From the human T2T-CHM13v2.0 reference genome, Homo sapiens: 64,000 nucleotides of DNA. Below the pieces are notes generated by a model that worked only from the letters and a program-made list of their open reading frames with translations, was not told the DNA's origin and searched no databases. Shown piece after piece: positions 1 through 12,524 of this stretch. The stretch lies in assembly GCF_009914755.1 (NCBI RefSeq), contig NC_060941.1. One strand, 5' to 3'. Position numbers and translations under genes: made by a program. Each line of letters begins with the position of its first letter. Within the stretch, counting starts at the first letter, position 1.

Positions 1-254
1 GGGCTGTGCAGGTCTCCCGGGGGCTGCTTTATAGAGAAAGAGACTTATCCTTCAGCCCCACTGTCCCCTGAACCCTGAAAACCCCCTAAACTCTCCCCTC
101 GGTGACCTCACACAGGTCACTCAACTCTCCCAAGCCTCACCCTTCTCATAGGTTGGTGTAAGGCTGGACCTTTGTAAACACCATCAGCTGAGAGGTAAGA
201 CAGGCATGCAGCCAAGGCCAGCTCAGCTGAGGCAAAGAGGAAATAAGAAGGATA

Positions 255-490
255 ATAAAACAGCTGACATTTGTTGACATTTCTCTATATCCTAGACACT
301 CTTCTAGGTTCTTTACCGGCATGAATTTATGTATTCATCCCAACAACCCTAATCAGTAAACACATTCATTTCCATTTTACAGATGAGGCAACTGAGCCAC
401 AGAAAGTCAAGTCACTTGGCCAAGTTCTCTCAGCTAGCAAGTGAAAGAGGCAGGAGCCAAATTCAGGCAGACCAGATCCGCAGTCCTGTC
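255..490 (-). mobile_element. MIR SINE
   Basis: MIR core in reverse orientation: CCATTTTACAGATGAGGCAACTGAG...AAGTCACTTGGCCAAG. Confidence 0.85.
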
Positions 491-1269
491 CACTTAACAC
501 TCACACCAACGTGAAGTACCCAGCACAGCATGTGGCATGCACTCTAGCAGGCCAAGGACCCTCAGCCCCTTCCCAGAGACGGGGAGAGTGGCTAGGACAC
601 ATGGACCCCAGGGGCCATAGAGGGCCTCGCCCCCCTTCCTCCAGACCCTCCGTACCTGGGGGTGGGTAGCTGAGACCCACCCTGGCCCTGGCATTGGTGC
701 AGGTGAAGAGGCCATCTCAGCATATCATCCTTTTGTCCTTTCACTTGTATGGGAAAGGGATCCAAGAGTTATTTACTGCAGAGATTTCATCGAGATGTTC
801 TCACCCTTACTGTACATCCTTTAAAGGTGAAATAAAAATATCTAAAGGGGAAAAAAAGCATTTTATTCAGCATCGTAAAAGCCATTGGCAGACGTTCCCC
901 TGGAAGGGGGAAAAACAGCATAAAATTCTGCAGTGACATTGTTCTGGATGAATCTTCATAGCCAGCCTGAGCAGGTGGAGGGGTGATGGGAGCTGGGGCT
1001 GTTAATAGGGGCTCCTCATGGCTTCAGGTGCCACTGGGTGGGTTCCTTGCTGCATCCCCAGAGCCTGCCACTGGGTCAGCACAGAGTGGGAGCTTAATAA
1101 ATACTTGTTACATTCAAGAGTGAATAAAAGAATGGGCTCTAGAGTGAACCCCTTCCCAGTGGAAGGGGAGGGAGGCAGTGGGCCAGAGCATCGTGGCACT
1201 CGGGGCTGGACCACTGTCCCTGAGACCCACTCGTGGCACATCACTGATAGGTCACACTCTCTCTCACAT

Positions 1270-1552
1270 TCATGTCTTTGCACTTGTGTTCCTCTGCCTG
1301 AAGGTGTTTTAACCCAGGCTGCTTGCCTCCACTTCCCTGTCCAATATCGACTCCACATCCAGCACTCACAACCAGGACCACTAAAGGGCCTCCTCCTCCT
1401 CCAGCTCACACCCATCCTCCCCTCCCCTGTGCTCCTCCAGGCTCTCTGTGCAGCGTAGGGTACATGCCTGTCTCTGTCTCCAAGAGAAAGTGTGCTCCTC
1501 AGGATGGAGACCCTGCTCAGTAAGTGTTTCTCAGATGAATGAATGAATGATA
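1270..1552 (+). mobile_element. L2 LINE 3' fragment
   Basis: GTTCCTCTGCCTG... segment ending in the typical L2 tail TGAATGAATGAATGA. Confidence 0.6.
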
Positions 1553-1719
1553 CTTGCATAAGCCTTGACGCTTTACAAAGCGTTTTCCCACAGACGGCTC
1601 TAGGAACTCTCAAAGCACCCACACGACGTGGTAGCCAGCTTTGACATCATAAGCCTCATTTTACAGGTAAGAAAGCAGCGATTCAGATAAGGCAAGAGCA
1701 TTGCCTAAAAGTGTATGGG

Positions 1720-2388
<669 letters not shown>

Positions 2389-2484
2389 ACAGGCATCCTT
2401 GAATCTAGGTCTAATTTAAATCCTTAGCTTTTCTTACTATGCCAAGTTGAAATTCACAAGCTGTAATTTTTGCTCCCTACCTCC

Positions 2485-2620
2485 CCACACACAAATACAT
2501 TCACATGCATATGCAGATACATGTGCTCCGGATACACACATACATATATATGCACCCACATGGATGCATGTACATATCACATGCAGGTATGCATGCACAC
2601 GTACCTGCATGCACATGAGC
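2485..2620. repeat. (CA)/(CATG)/(TA)-rich low-complexity tract
   Basis: Alternating purine-pyrimidine runs such as CACATGCATATGCAGATACATGTG. Confidence 0.8.
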
Positions 2621-3169
2621 AGAAATGATAGGCATGAAGAGAAAAATAGGAGTTGAGAAGAGAGGGAAGGAGTTCCAAAGGCCTCCCTCAATGCCTACCA
2701 TCCACTATCAGGCTTTGCCTTTGATTTTCTGCTTTTAATTTTCACATCATCAGTTACTACATCAAAGCAATTTTACTGCAGGTGCCCTGGACCCAGACTG
2801 TTTCTAGAAGCCCTGATTCCAAATTCCCCTTCCCACTGGGCCCTCGTCATCAATGGCATTTCACTTCTCATTAAATTCCATGTGGGGAGCATGGGGAAGC
2901 AGAGGAGACAGTAGTGAAATCACCTCTCACTTCTAACTCTTGTTCACTTGTGTTCAAATGCCGCTTAAGGATTTATGTTCCAATTTCTAGTTAAACACGG
3001 CAGATAAAACCTCCTACCCTGCCTGGACTACTGGGGTCTTGTGGAGACGCATGAGAGAATGGATGTGAATGGACTGTGTAAACTCAAAAGTGCTGTGCGC
3101 ACATGAGGAAGGCATTCTCTAACTCTCTGCCTCCCAATCCCTCACTAAGTAACTGAAAGGGATTTCATT

Positions 3170-4760
3170 AAGAAGTAAAAGACAGAGAGAACAGAAAATG
3201 AGGCAACCCACAACAAAATGTTCAAGGCTGGGAAGCAGATGGATGAATAATAACTGATTTGGGAGCCCCAAGAAGGCTGAAACCTAAGTTAGCAGTGGGG
3301 GAAGCCCACGAACTAGCTAGTTCCTAGGGCAGGAGCCCAGAAAGTCTCACGTACTGGTGACTTCAGCTGCTTCTGAAAGAGGGGCTACAAATTCAGGCTG
3401 AAAACAGAAGCATTGCTGGGCACAATGGTGCACACCTGTAGTCCCAGCTACTCAGGAGGCTGATGGGGGTGGATCGTTTGAGCCCAGGAGTTTGAGGCCA
3501 GCTTAGGCAACATAGTGAGACCTCCATCTCTAAAAAAATTAAAAATAAAAACAGAAGCATTGATTGAAATTCTACATAAGAAGCAGTTAGATCCTCTAGA
3601 AACCACCCCACTCCCCCAGCACAAGAGAGAAGAGAAGTGAATCTGTAGGACTTTAAAATCCAGAACACAAATAAGATCTGGCTGAGGGTAAGATGCTGAA
3701 TATCCTCCAGTTTCTACCATCCAATCTGGAGCTGGGGGGATTCCTCTCTGATGAAACAGTACAGCCTAGGGACAGATGGAGAGGGGCTGTCCCCTAATGA
3801 CATCCTCCAGCCTGATCACCTTCCACCCCTATCCACCACACACCAGGCACATGCACAATGAGCTTCCAGGCAGCTGGAGCATCCAGCAGGAAAGATGGAG
3901 ACCAAAAACAACCAAAACAAAACAAATGGGGCAAAGGGGGCTCAGAAGAAACAAAAGCAATGCAGGAAGCCGCGGAACATTTCAAAACCTTAAAGTTACC
4001 CTTGGAGAAATAAGAGAAGATACTGCATCTATGAAAAAAAGACAGGAAAAAAGGATGGATCCTATTTTTTTAAAATCAGGAGACAATGAAAAAGAACTTA
4101 TAGAATTAAAAAGAGAAAATACTCCAATGGAAGGTTAATGAATAATGTTGAGGAGATCTCCTACAAATTACAACAAAAAGAATGAAAAAAAAACAGGAGA
4201 AAATTGATTAGAAATTCAGAAAATCTGTCCAGGTGATCCAACATCTAACAGAAGATCCAGAAAGAGAATGGAATCAGAGATAAGGCAATTATCACCGAAG
4301 TAACTTGAGAAAATGTCTTAGTACTGGAGGATGTGAGTTTCCAGATTAGTGGGCCTCCTGACACAAAGCCACTTAATTAGGAAATTTCAGAACACTGAGG
4401 ATGAAGAAAAGACATTAAAGAAACCAGAAAGGAAAGAAAAAAATCTGGCTCAATACCAAGGATCAGGAAGCTGAATGGCATTAAACTTCTCATAAGCAGT
4501 CTCAGAAATGTTATCTCCCATGCTCCACCAGAATAAAAGCAAAAGCCAAGAAAAAAATGAAGGTGTGGGATCCAGGAAACATGGTGTCCAAACAGGAGAG
4601 AAGCTAAGGGGTTTCGCAGGGGGTGCTGAAGAAACCCCAGGATTGCAGCTACGCAGGTCAGTGCACGAGAGAGTGGAAGGATGGAGGGCTCCATGAGGGA
4701 TGTTTTCAAGAAAAAAAAAAAAATGAAAGACCACATGATGCAGTTAAAAACAGGGGGAGT
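3170..4760 (+). mobile_element. HAL1 / ancient L1 ORF1-like remnant
   Basis: A-rich ORF1-like stretch; GGATCAGGAAGCTGAATGGCATTAAACTTCTC and GGATCCAGGAAACATGG..CAGGAGAG resemble the HAL1 consensus. Confidence 0.65.
3415..3550 (+). mobile_element. FLAM (free left Alu monomer, FLAM_A-like)
   Basis: Single monomer ...CACCTGTAGTCCCAGCTACTCAGGAGG..GAGCCCAGGAGTTTGAG..ATCTCT plus A tail; perfect TSD AAAACAGAAGCATTG (3401-3415 / 3548-3562). Confidence 0.9.
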
Positions 4761-5504
4761 GGATGTGCACATCTGATACAGCGTTTGCAGCCTCCAGGCT
4801 CAGAAGAAGAGCTCTGACATGTCTTCTAAGAGACATAAGATGCAAAATTTCCTCACCTACCACCCCCTAACCAAAAGCAGTTTGTAGCTTATTGTAAATC
4901 TCAGCTGGTTGCTATGGAAATGATTATACGTATACACAGAACAAATACCTTAGGTGCTCGCTTCTTTCCAAAACTGGGCAGGGGAAGTTACTGAAGTAGT
5001 GCTTACTTGGGTAAGACGTGGGAGACATTAAATTAAGGTTTAGAGAAGATGTTTACTTATTTTTTCAGGATCCTCCACATCAGAGTAAGGTTACCTGGTA
5101 GAGCTGGGAGAAGGCTGTGCAAGAAGTTTAGGTGCAAAGCTTCACTTCTGGTGAAAAGAGAGAGGCCTGGAATTTAGAATGTTAAAAGAATTTCAACCAT
5201 GAAATTGCAAAAAGTCCTAGACTCTGAGAGCAGGTGGGAAATGAGAAATTATGGAGTACAAGCCTTTCACTATACAGAAAGAGCTGACCAAGGTCACACA
5301 ACAGGTTAGCAAGACGAGAACCTCTGCCAAGTGCTTCCAGAAACTTCTCTGTGGAGGTTTATCTCTGAGGTCTTGGGATAATCAGGAGAGTCTGATAGGA
5401 GAAAGGATTTGTTAACCCTTCCCCTAACCTGAGGTCTTGACTCCCCTGCTCTCTTAATTCTCCAACCTCCCAAGCCCACCCCCAACCACCCGGTCCCAGC
5501 CTGC

Positions 5505-5660
5505 AAGGTAATTATAATGAAGTTAAACCAAATTACACATGCAGGGTTTATTTTGTGTTTTTTTCTGCTGCTGCTGTTGCCAATTATGGTGCAATTAGAC
5601 TGCCTTCATTAGCAAATGAGATTAGAATTAACATTGTTAATTACTCGTTCTGTTAAAAGG
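5505..5660. promoter_or_regulatory. Candidate enhancer, homeodomain/SOX motif cluster
   Basis: Eight or more TAAT/ATTA cores plus CATTGTT in 155 bp with no recognisable repeat. Confidence 0.5.
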
Positions 5661-5855
5661 GGAAGCGGGGGTGGTGGGGAGGGCACTGGGTGGGTGGTGG
5701 GGGGAGACAGTCCACATGGCAGGGGGAGGTTTGGAGCCCCCAAGGGCTCCTAGGCCCATGGAAACTGAGGGAGGAAACTGATTTATAAAATGTCAAGGGA
5801 CAGGTGGGTGAGATGAGATGGAATCTGCCAGGTCAGGAGCAGAGGGCTTTCCTCC

Positions 5856-6060
5856 TTATTATTATTATTCTTACTATTCTTACTATTATTTGTTGAGGAC
5901 TTGGTCTGTGCAGCACTTTACATGCATTATTCACTTAAACCTTGCAACATTATCAGAAGTAGGTATTAGCATCCCCACTTGACAGAAGAGAAAAGTGACA
6001 CTCAGGAAAGTTAAGTGACTTTCCCAAAGTCACACAGTGATAGCAAGTGGCAAAATCTAA
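5856..6060 (-). mobile_element. MIR with (TTA)n end
   Basis: CCCCACTTGACAGAAGAGAAAAGTGA..GTTAAGTGACTTTCCCAAAGTCACACAG. Confidence 0.8.
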
Positions 6061-6134
6061 CATTTCATTCTTGAGCACCAGGACCTTTGGTTCTCATGGG
6101 AAAGGGCAGCCCACATATACATTGTATTTTATAG

Positions 6135-6469
<335 letters not shown>

Positions 6470-6570
6470 AGGTGATAGTTTTAAATCAGCTCATTTGATA
6501 CTCAAATTTGCCCCATGAGGAAAACAAATTATTAGCCTCATTTTTCAGGTGAGGAAGCTGAGAGTTTAAT

Positions 6571-6807
6571 CAGGGTTGGCAAACCATGACCTACAGCCTG
6601 AATCCAGTCTGCCCTCTATTTTTGTAAATAAAATTTTGTTAGAACACAGCTATGCCACTTATTTATGTGTTATAAATAAATATTTATGTTATTTGTGTGT
6701 TATATCTTGCTCTCAAACTAAAACGACAGAATTAAGTAGTTGCATTAGTGGCCGTATGGCTCATCAAACCTATCTGGCCCTTTGCGGAAGAAGTTTGTCA
6801 ATCCCTG
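6571..6807 (+). mobile_element. MER58A hAT-Charlie MITE (inside a MIR)
   Basis: TIRs CAGGGTTGGCAAAC ... GTTTGTCAATCCCTG; internal TTTTGTAAATAAAATTTTGTTAGAACACAGC. Confidence 0.85.
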
Positions 6808-7029
6808 GTTTAAATCATTGATACAAAGTCATACAGTGCATGCAAAGAGGCCCTGACACTTGAACCTAGTCCTTTTGGCCCCAAAACCGGACTCTTCTTG
6901 CCTAGAAGGAAAGGGAACAGTTCCAGCTAAGCTCAGTTTCCAGTAAGCTCAAAAATGTCTTTATTACCCCCAAGGAAAGAATCACGGCAGACAGACGAAT
7001 CTGAATTATTTTATCCTGACTTTGAAATT

Positions 7030-7520
7030 TGATCAGGTTGACTGTTTCCACAAGCAAACAACAGAAAGCCCAATTATGAATGGTTTTTAAAATAAGGCAT
7101 TTATTATTTCACATAACAGGTCCAGCAGTAAGGCAATTCTGAATGTGGTTAATTCAGCTAGGTCCTCTTTATTCTCCTTTCCTTGGCATCTTATCTGCCC
7201 ACCTCCCCACCGGCCCCGTAATCCTAATGCGGCTGCCACAACTCCAGACATCACATTCCCACCCAGCAACATCCAAAGGTGGCAGGGTGGGGCAACTACT
7301 TCTGGCAAGTCAGTTTTTTAGATCTCAGAAAGCTTTTCCTAGCAGGCACCACTTCCCCACAGCAAGCAAAATAGAATTATTACATTTGTTTTAGATAAAT
7401 CAGGATTCATTCCTGGGGTAGAAAGAGTCCCAGACTCCCCTGAAAAATATGGCTGCTAGTATCTGAGTTCTGATACCAAGAAAGAATTGGGGGGTGGGTT
7501 GTTGGGAAGGCAATGGACAG
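7030..7520 (-). mobile_element. Old MaLR/ERVL LTR (MLT1-type)
   Basis: ACAGAAAGCCCAA..GGCATTTATTATTTCACATAAC..TCCAG resembles the reverse of an MLT1 3' end. Confidence 0.55.
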
Positions 7521-7561
7521 AAATTTTAGGGTTGTTCCAGTTGTTCACATGTAGAGTCTGA

Positions 7562-7893
<332 letters not shown>

Positions 7894-8401
7894 CCCATTC
7901 CCCTTTTTTCAATGCCCTGTGCTTCTTCTGACTGTAGGGGCAGGGGAGAGGGAAGGGAAGATTCAAAGGGAAGGGTTAATCTCCCCAGCACCATGGCCTC
8001 TAATCTACCCATAATATAGGCACAAATTTCTCCCAAAGACCATTTGGCCTTTGGTCCTCTTTCCCGTAACTCACCTCCCAGACCAGAAAGGCAAAGGTTT
8101 CCTGGGCATTTTCCTTTGCAGCTTTGCCTCCTTAGTGCTTGTTATTTCACCCCAGTGTTCAGTGAACTCACAGCCATAAGCTGTGCACCAAGGCCCCAGG
8201 TGGTGGGCTAGACTGCCCAGGCTCCCCTTTCTGAGAGGTTCTGAGATCCCCTGCCCACCTGTGCCAAAGGCCAGCACCAAAGTGGCAGTGGCAATGGCCT
8301 GAACCCAGCCAGATGGGGCACGTTCCACGATATGAGGTCCCTCTCCCCTCCATCCTTGCCCAAACTAGCTGTTCATATCCTTTGCTTCCAGATTCCCACC
8401 A

Positions 8402-8500
8402 GACTCTCTCTCTCAATCTCTTTCTCTCTCTTTTCCTCTCTCTCTCTCTCTCTTTCTCTCACATATGCACACATGCACACTCACACTCTCACACTCACTT
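8402..8500. repeat. (TC)n/(CA)n microsatellite
   Basis: Direct reading. Confidence 0.85.
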
Positions 8501-8961
8501 CATTTTAGACACTGGGTACCTGGGTTCATGCACCTTTACCAGGACTTCCTTCCTGCCACCTGGGCAGGATTTGTGAGGCAGAGAGGTCACTCAGGCATTT
8601 AAAGAAGATTCAAGGAGAAGGGTGTCAGGCAAGGTGGGTCCCATCTGGGTGCCACCTGTCATGCAAGGCTCAGGGGCAAATCCCACATGGCCGCATGGCC
8701 TGCCTTAATGAAGAAGAGTTATGGGAGGTGGGCTGTACATGGGGTCAGCAAGGGAAGGCCTGGGTCTCTTTCCTCTCATCCCCATGACAGTGTGCTGTGG
8801 CCTGGCCATGTGTTGATAGCCAGCATAGGTTTGCATTTCAGACAAGGTTGCTGACAAGCTCAGTCTTGAAGAGATCTCCATGGTGCAAGAGAGAGGAGGC
8901 ATGTGCCTCCTACCTTGGGTCAGTTGGGCAAGTTATTCTTCAGTGGGAGCCCTGCGTTAAC

Positions 8962-9017
8962 TACACACACCACACACAGGTGCGTGCTCACGTACACACA
9001 CACACACACACACACAG
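8962..9017. repeat. Interrupted (CA)n microsatellite
   Basis: Direct reading. Confidence 0.85.
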
Positions 9018-9557
9018 TTCCTGCTGGCCCTTTGACTTGACTGGCTCCCCGGATGGCAGGGAACATTAACATTTCTGCCTCCAGCAAGTCCTCTAGTCTG
9101 GAGGTTTGGCCCAGAGGATCCTCATTTACTTTCCCTGTGCTGTCCCATCTCCATTGCTGCTGGGTTTTCTCAGAATGCCTCTGGGTGGTTTTGAAAGTAT
9201 TAAGCTTCTCCAGCTGCTTCTCAGGGGGGTAGGGAGCTCTTCTCTTCCTTCCTCCTTGTTCTGTCTGAGTTGTTAGGACTCAAAAAAAAAAAAAGCCTTC
9301 AGATGATTAATGAGGCTCCTAAGATCCAAGCCCTCTCTTCTCCTGCCAACCCTAGCCATGGGTCACTTGTTCACTCTCCCAACAAAGACTACTCCTGTGA
9401 GATCCCAGGGAATTTACCCCAAATCTGGGTACCTTGCGGATGGTGACCCCAAAGGGAAAATCCGACTCACCCCTAAGGGGAAATGGCCAGCCCCATGGAT
9501 TGAATGTAAACATGACAGATCCCAAAGAAAAGAAAAAGAAGAGGTTTAAATGACCTC

Positions 9558-9780
9558 ATGCAAAGGCATAAGAATGACACAAAGGACTTCGGGGACTTGG
9601 GGGGAAGAGTGGGAGGGGACAAAGGATAAAAGACAACAAATATGGTGCAGTGTACACTGCTCAGGTGATGGGTGTGCCAGGTTCTCACAAATCTCCACTA
9701 AAGAACTTACTCATGTAACCAAATACCACCTGTACCCCAATAACTTATGGAAAAATAAAATTAAAAAAAAAAAGAAAAAA
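9558..9780 (+). mobile_element. 5'-truncated L1PB-type 3' end
   Basis: ATGCAAAGGCATAAGAATGA..ACTAAAGAACTTACTCATGTAACCAAATACCACCTGTACCCCAATAAC plus poly-A; perfect TSD TAAATGACCTC (9547-9557 / 9781-9791). Confidence 0.9.
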
Positions 9781-10689
9781 TAAATGACCTCTCCCAGGTG
9801 CCTCCTTAGTGCCGTGGACAGCTTGCAGTCTCGTAAATGAGCTCCCTCTCTTCCTAGTTCATATCTGGAGAGGCCAGTTCCCCTGGTGAAAGGGTTTATA
9901 TCCTTAAGTCTCCAGGGTTGGGGTTGGACTATGATGCAGGAATAGGATTGTTGGAAAGTAATTCTAGGTCCCCTTCTTCCCACAGGGTGGCTGCACTTAA
10001 GCTTAGCTTCCTAAAGTGCTCATCGTTCTCCCAGCCCATCTCTGACCTGCAGCTTCCCATGGGCCCCAAGGACCCCGAGATGCTGGGCAACCAACAGCTG
10101 GCAGTCAAATCCAGACTGCTTAGATTCAGTCTGTCCCCTGTAAAAACCGAGACAAGCCTGAGGTGGAGAGTCAGTATCTTCCTACAGGCATGCAAACTCA
10201 CTCCAGTATCCAACACATAGCCTGGGCCGGAAGTCCTAGGATGATGGGACGGGGAGGGACCAAGCCTTCCCTTTTACTCATCCCTAGCTTTGTAAAAGTC
10301 CTCTTTCCCAAATGGAGCCTCACCCCAAATGCCTTCTGGTATTTGGAATTCCCAAGCCCTGGTGCAGGACAGGTAGCCACCCTGAAGATGTTCTACCAGG
10401 CCCAGCAGAGAGATTGAGGGAAATGAGGAAAAGTAGGAGACAGATCTTGCTTGAGCACCCAAAACATGCCAGGGCTTTTACATATGGGAGGCATGGGGTC
10501 TGAGTGGGCAGGGGTCTGACAGTTTGAGGATCTGTTTCCTCAATTACACAATGGAAAGAGTAATAAAAGTGTTGGAAGGCTGAGATGATGGAGTTTGGGA
10601 GTTATAACCACAGCTAAGGGGTATTGGAAAGGTCCCATTCAGAGAGGAATCAGCCCTCTGTATACCTGGAGAGAAGTAAGGGAGCCCGA

Positions 10690-10815
10690 AATGGTGCATT
10701 GGAGCCAAATCCCAGAGGGTTTTGAATACCAGATCAGGGACTCCTTATCTGATAGAAAATAGGGAGCCATTGAAGGTTTCTGAGCAAGGGAGTGACCTGT
10801 TAGAGCCATGACCCT
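10690..10815 (-). mobile_element. L2 fragment
   Basis: AGGGAGCCATTGAAGGTTTCTGAGCAAGGGAGTGAC, a typical reverse-strand L2 segment. Confidence 0.7.
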
Positions 10816-10859
10816 AGCAGAGAAACAAAAGATGGGAAAGTTGGAAACATCCAAAAATA

Positions 10860-11225
10860 AAAATAAAAGCCAAGACTAAATGAAGTTTGTTATTTGCCAT
10901 CTTACTGGAGAAACAATGCCAGTTCCAGGCAAATGAATTTAAATGACTAAAGACATTCCAAGGCGTGAGCGGAGTCAGAGCTGGGGCCGGATGATGTGGT
11001 GTCTCCCGACCACTGGCAAATCCATCTCCCATAGGTTGCCCGAATAAAATGTCAGCTCCGGGCCAGATCCCATCCACCTGACATTCCTGTTAATAACAAA
11101 GCCTAATTAGCATGGCTTTTAAGCATCCATTACATTAATTTAATGCGAAAATCTAATGGAGCTTTATTGGAATTTTTCTCGGCAAAATTAACCTTGCGGG
11201 TTTCTTACACATGTTTTCATTAGGG
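10860..11225. promoter_or_regulatory. Candidate conserved enhancer
   Basis: CTAATTAG, CATTAATTTAATG, TGTCAG/CTGACA, TTTATTGG and AACAATG; several retained CpGs; no recognisable repeat. Confidence 0.5.
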
Positions 11226-11353
11226 GCTGTGAGCAGTGGAGATACTCAGAGAATTAGAATGAGCCCTTGTGGTTTTCGCTGTAATCCAGTTCCTCTGTCT
11301 CTAAGCCCCCCAGTCTGTAGGTCTTTGTTTAGCAAAGCTCCTGTGCCCACACC

Positions 11354-11631
11354 ACACGGTTCTCATAAAGACCATTGCCGTAATGAGAGATTCAAGCTCG
11401 AGGCTTGAGCGGGTGCCTGTCTGATTCAAACACACCCCATCTCAGCCCAAAAGATGCAATTCTGGGACCCTGAAGAATTTCAGGACGCCAGGACACGGTT
11501 CTCATAAAGACCATTGCCGTAATGAGAGATTCAAGCTCGAGGCTTGAGCGGGTGCCTGTCTGATTCAAACACACCCCATCTCAGCCCAAAAGATGCAATT
11601 CTGGGACCCTGAAGAATTTCAGGACGCCAGG
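11354..11631. repeat. Perfect tandem duplication, 2 x 139 bp
   Basis: 11354-11492 is identical to 11493-11631; ACA microhomology at the junctions. Confidence 0.98.
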
Positions 11632-11739
11632 ACAGGATCCCTAGACATTCACCATCAGGGGGTTTGACCCAAACCTGTAATTCACTCCCCTTCTGGCTAT
11701 CTTCCAGATGGGAGTGGCCACATCATTCATTCAGAACTA

Positions 11740-12100
11740 CAAGCAATAGGAAGAAGCCTCTAAGGAGGGCATCCTTCCTTCAATTAAAAAAAAAAGTAAA
11801 CTAACTGGAAGAATGATCTCTGCCCATTCATCCTTTCTTCTTCTCCATGTGTGGAACATGGATGTAAGACATGGAGCAGTAGCAGCCATCTTATGCCACG
11901 AGGATAAAAGCCCCAGGTTAAGGGTGGCAGAAAGGAAACCCAGGAAGACTCTGAGCCCCAGATGCACCCTTGAGCTGCTAAGGTACCAATACTCATCAGT
12001 ATATGCCTGGCTGCCTGTTGCGTGAAACAAATTTTACTTGCTTAAGCCTCTGTTAGTGAGTTTACTGTTACTTTTGCAGCCAAAAACAATCCTAATTGAT
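11740..12100 (+). mobile_element. MLT1J/K-type MaLR LTR
   Basis: GGAGCAGTAGCAGCCATCTT..., end CTTAAGCC..GTTACTTTTGCAGCCAAAAACAATCCTAA. Confidence 0.75.
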
Positions 12101-12524
12101 CTACCTGGATTCTGGTCCTAGATTCTCTATGACTTTTGACAAGTCCCTGATGCTCTGTTTATCAGTTTCTTCACCTTCTAATTAGAAGGATGGAATAGAG
12201 CATGTTTTTAAAAATCTTTTTTTAGGCAATAAACCCTAACAACCCCACCCCCAATGAATTTGTGTCCCATGAGAAGTTAATAAAACTTAATCCAGGGTTG
12301 AGGTGGTGGCAGGTGGTGGGAGTTCTGGAGTTCTGGAGTTCTTCCTACTGGATTCGGCCCAACCCCACACCAGAGAAGCCATAAAGACATCTCTGAGAAC
12401 CCCACTGCTCCAAAGGGCACAGTTTATGAAACCACCATCCTGAAGACCTCTAAGGCCCTTTTGATATCATGAGGTTCTGCCTCCTGTGGCTGGAATCTAG
12501 GAGCCAATGTGCTAGAAAGAGTTC

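Noticed and set aside
1002-1622. Longest ORF (206 aa, minus strand)
   Set aside because: Overlaps L2 and MIR remnants and has a composition typical of random GC-rich DNA
3776-4138. Lys/Glu-rich 120-aa ORF
   Set aside because: Consistent with a decayed HAL1/L1 ORF1 coiled-coil region; the surrounding frame is broken
5050-5090. Possible 16-nt micro-exon (TTTTTTCAG|GATCCTCCACATCAGA|GTAAGG)
   Set aside because: Splice-like motifs of this quality occur by chance, the length is not frame-preserving and no partner exons are visible; RNA-seq would be needed
11354-11631. CRISPR-like or viral-LTR interpretation of the direct repeat
   Set aside because: Eukaryotic DNA; the copies are directly adjacent with no spacer, no TG..CA termini and no TSD
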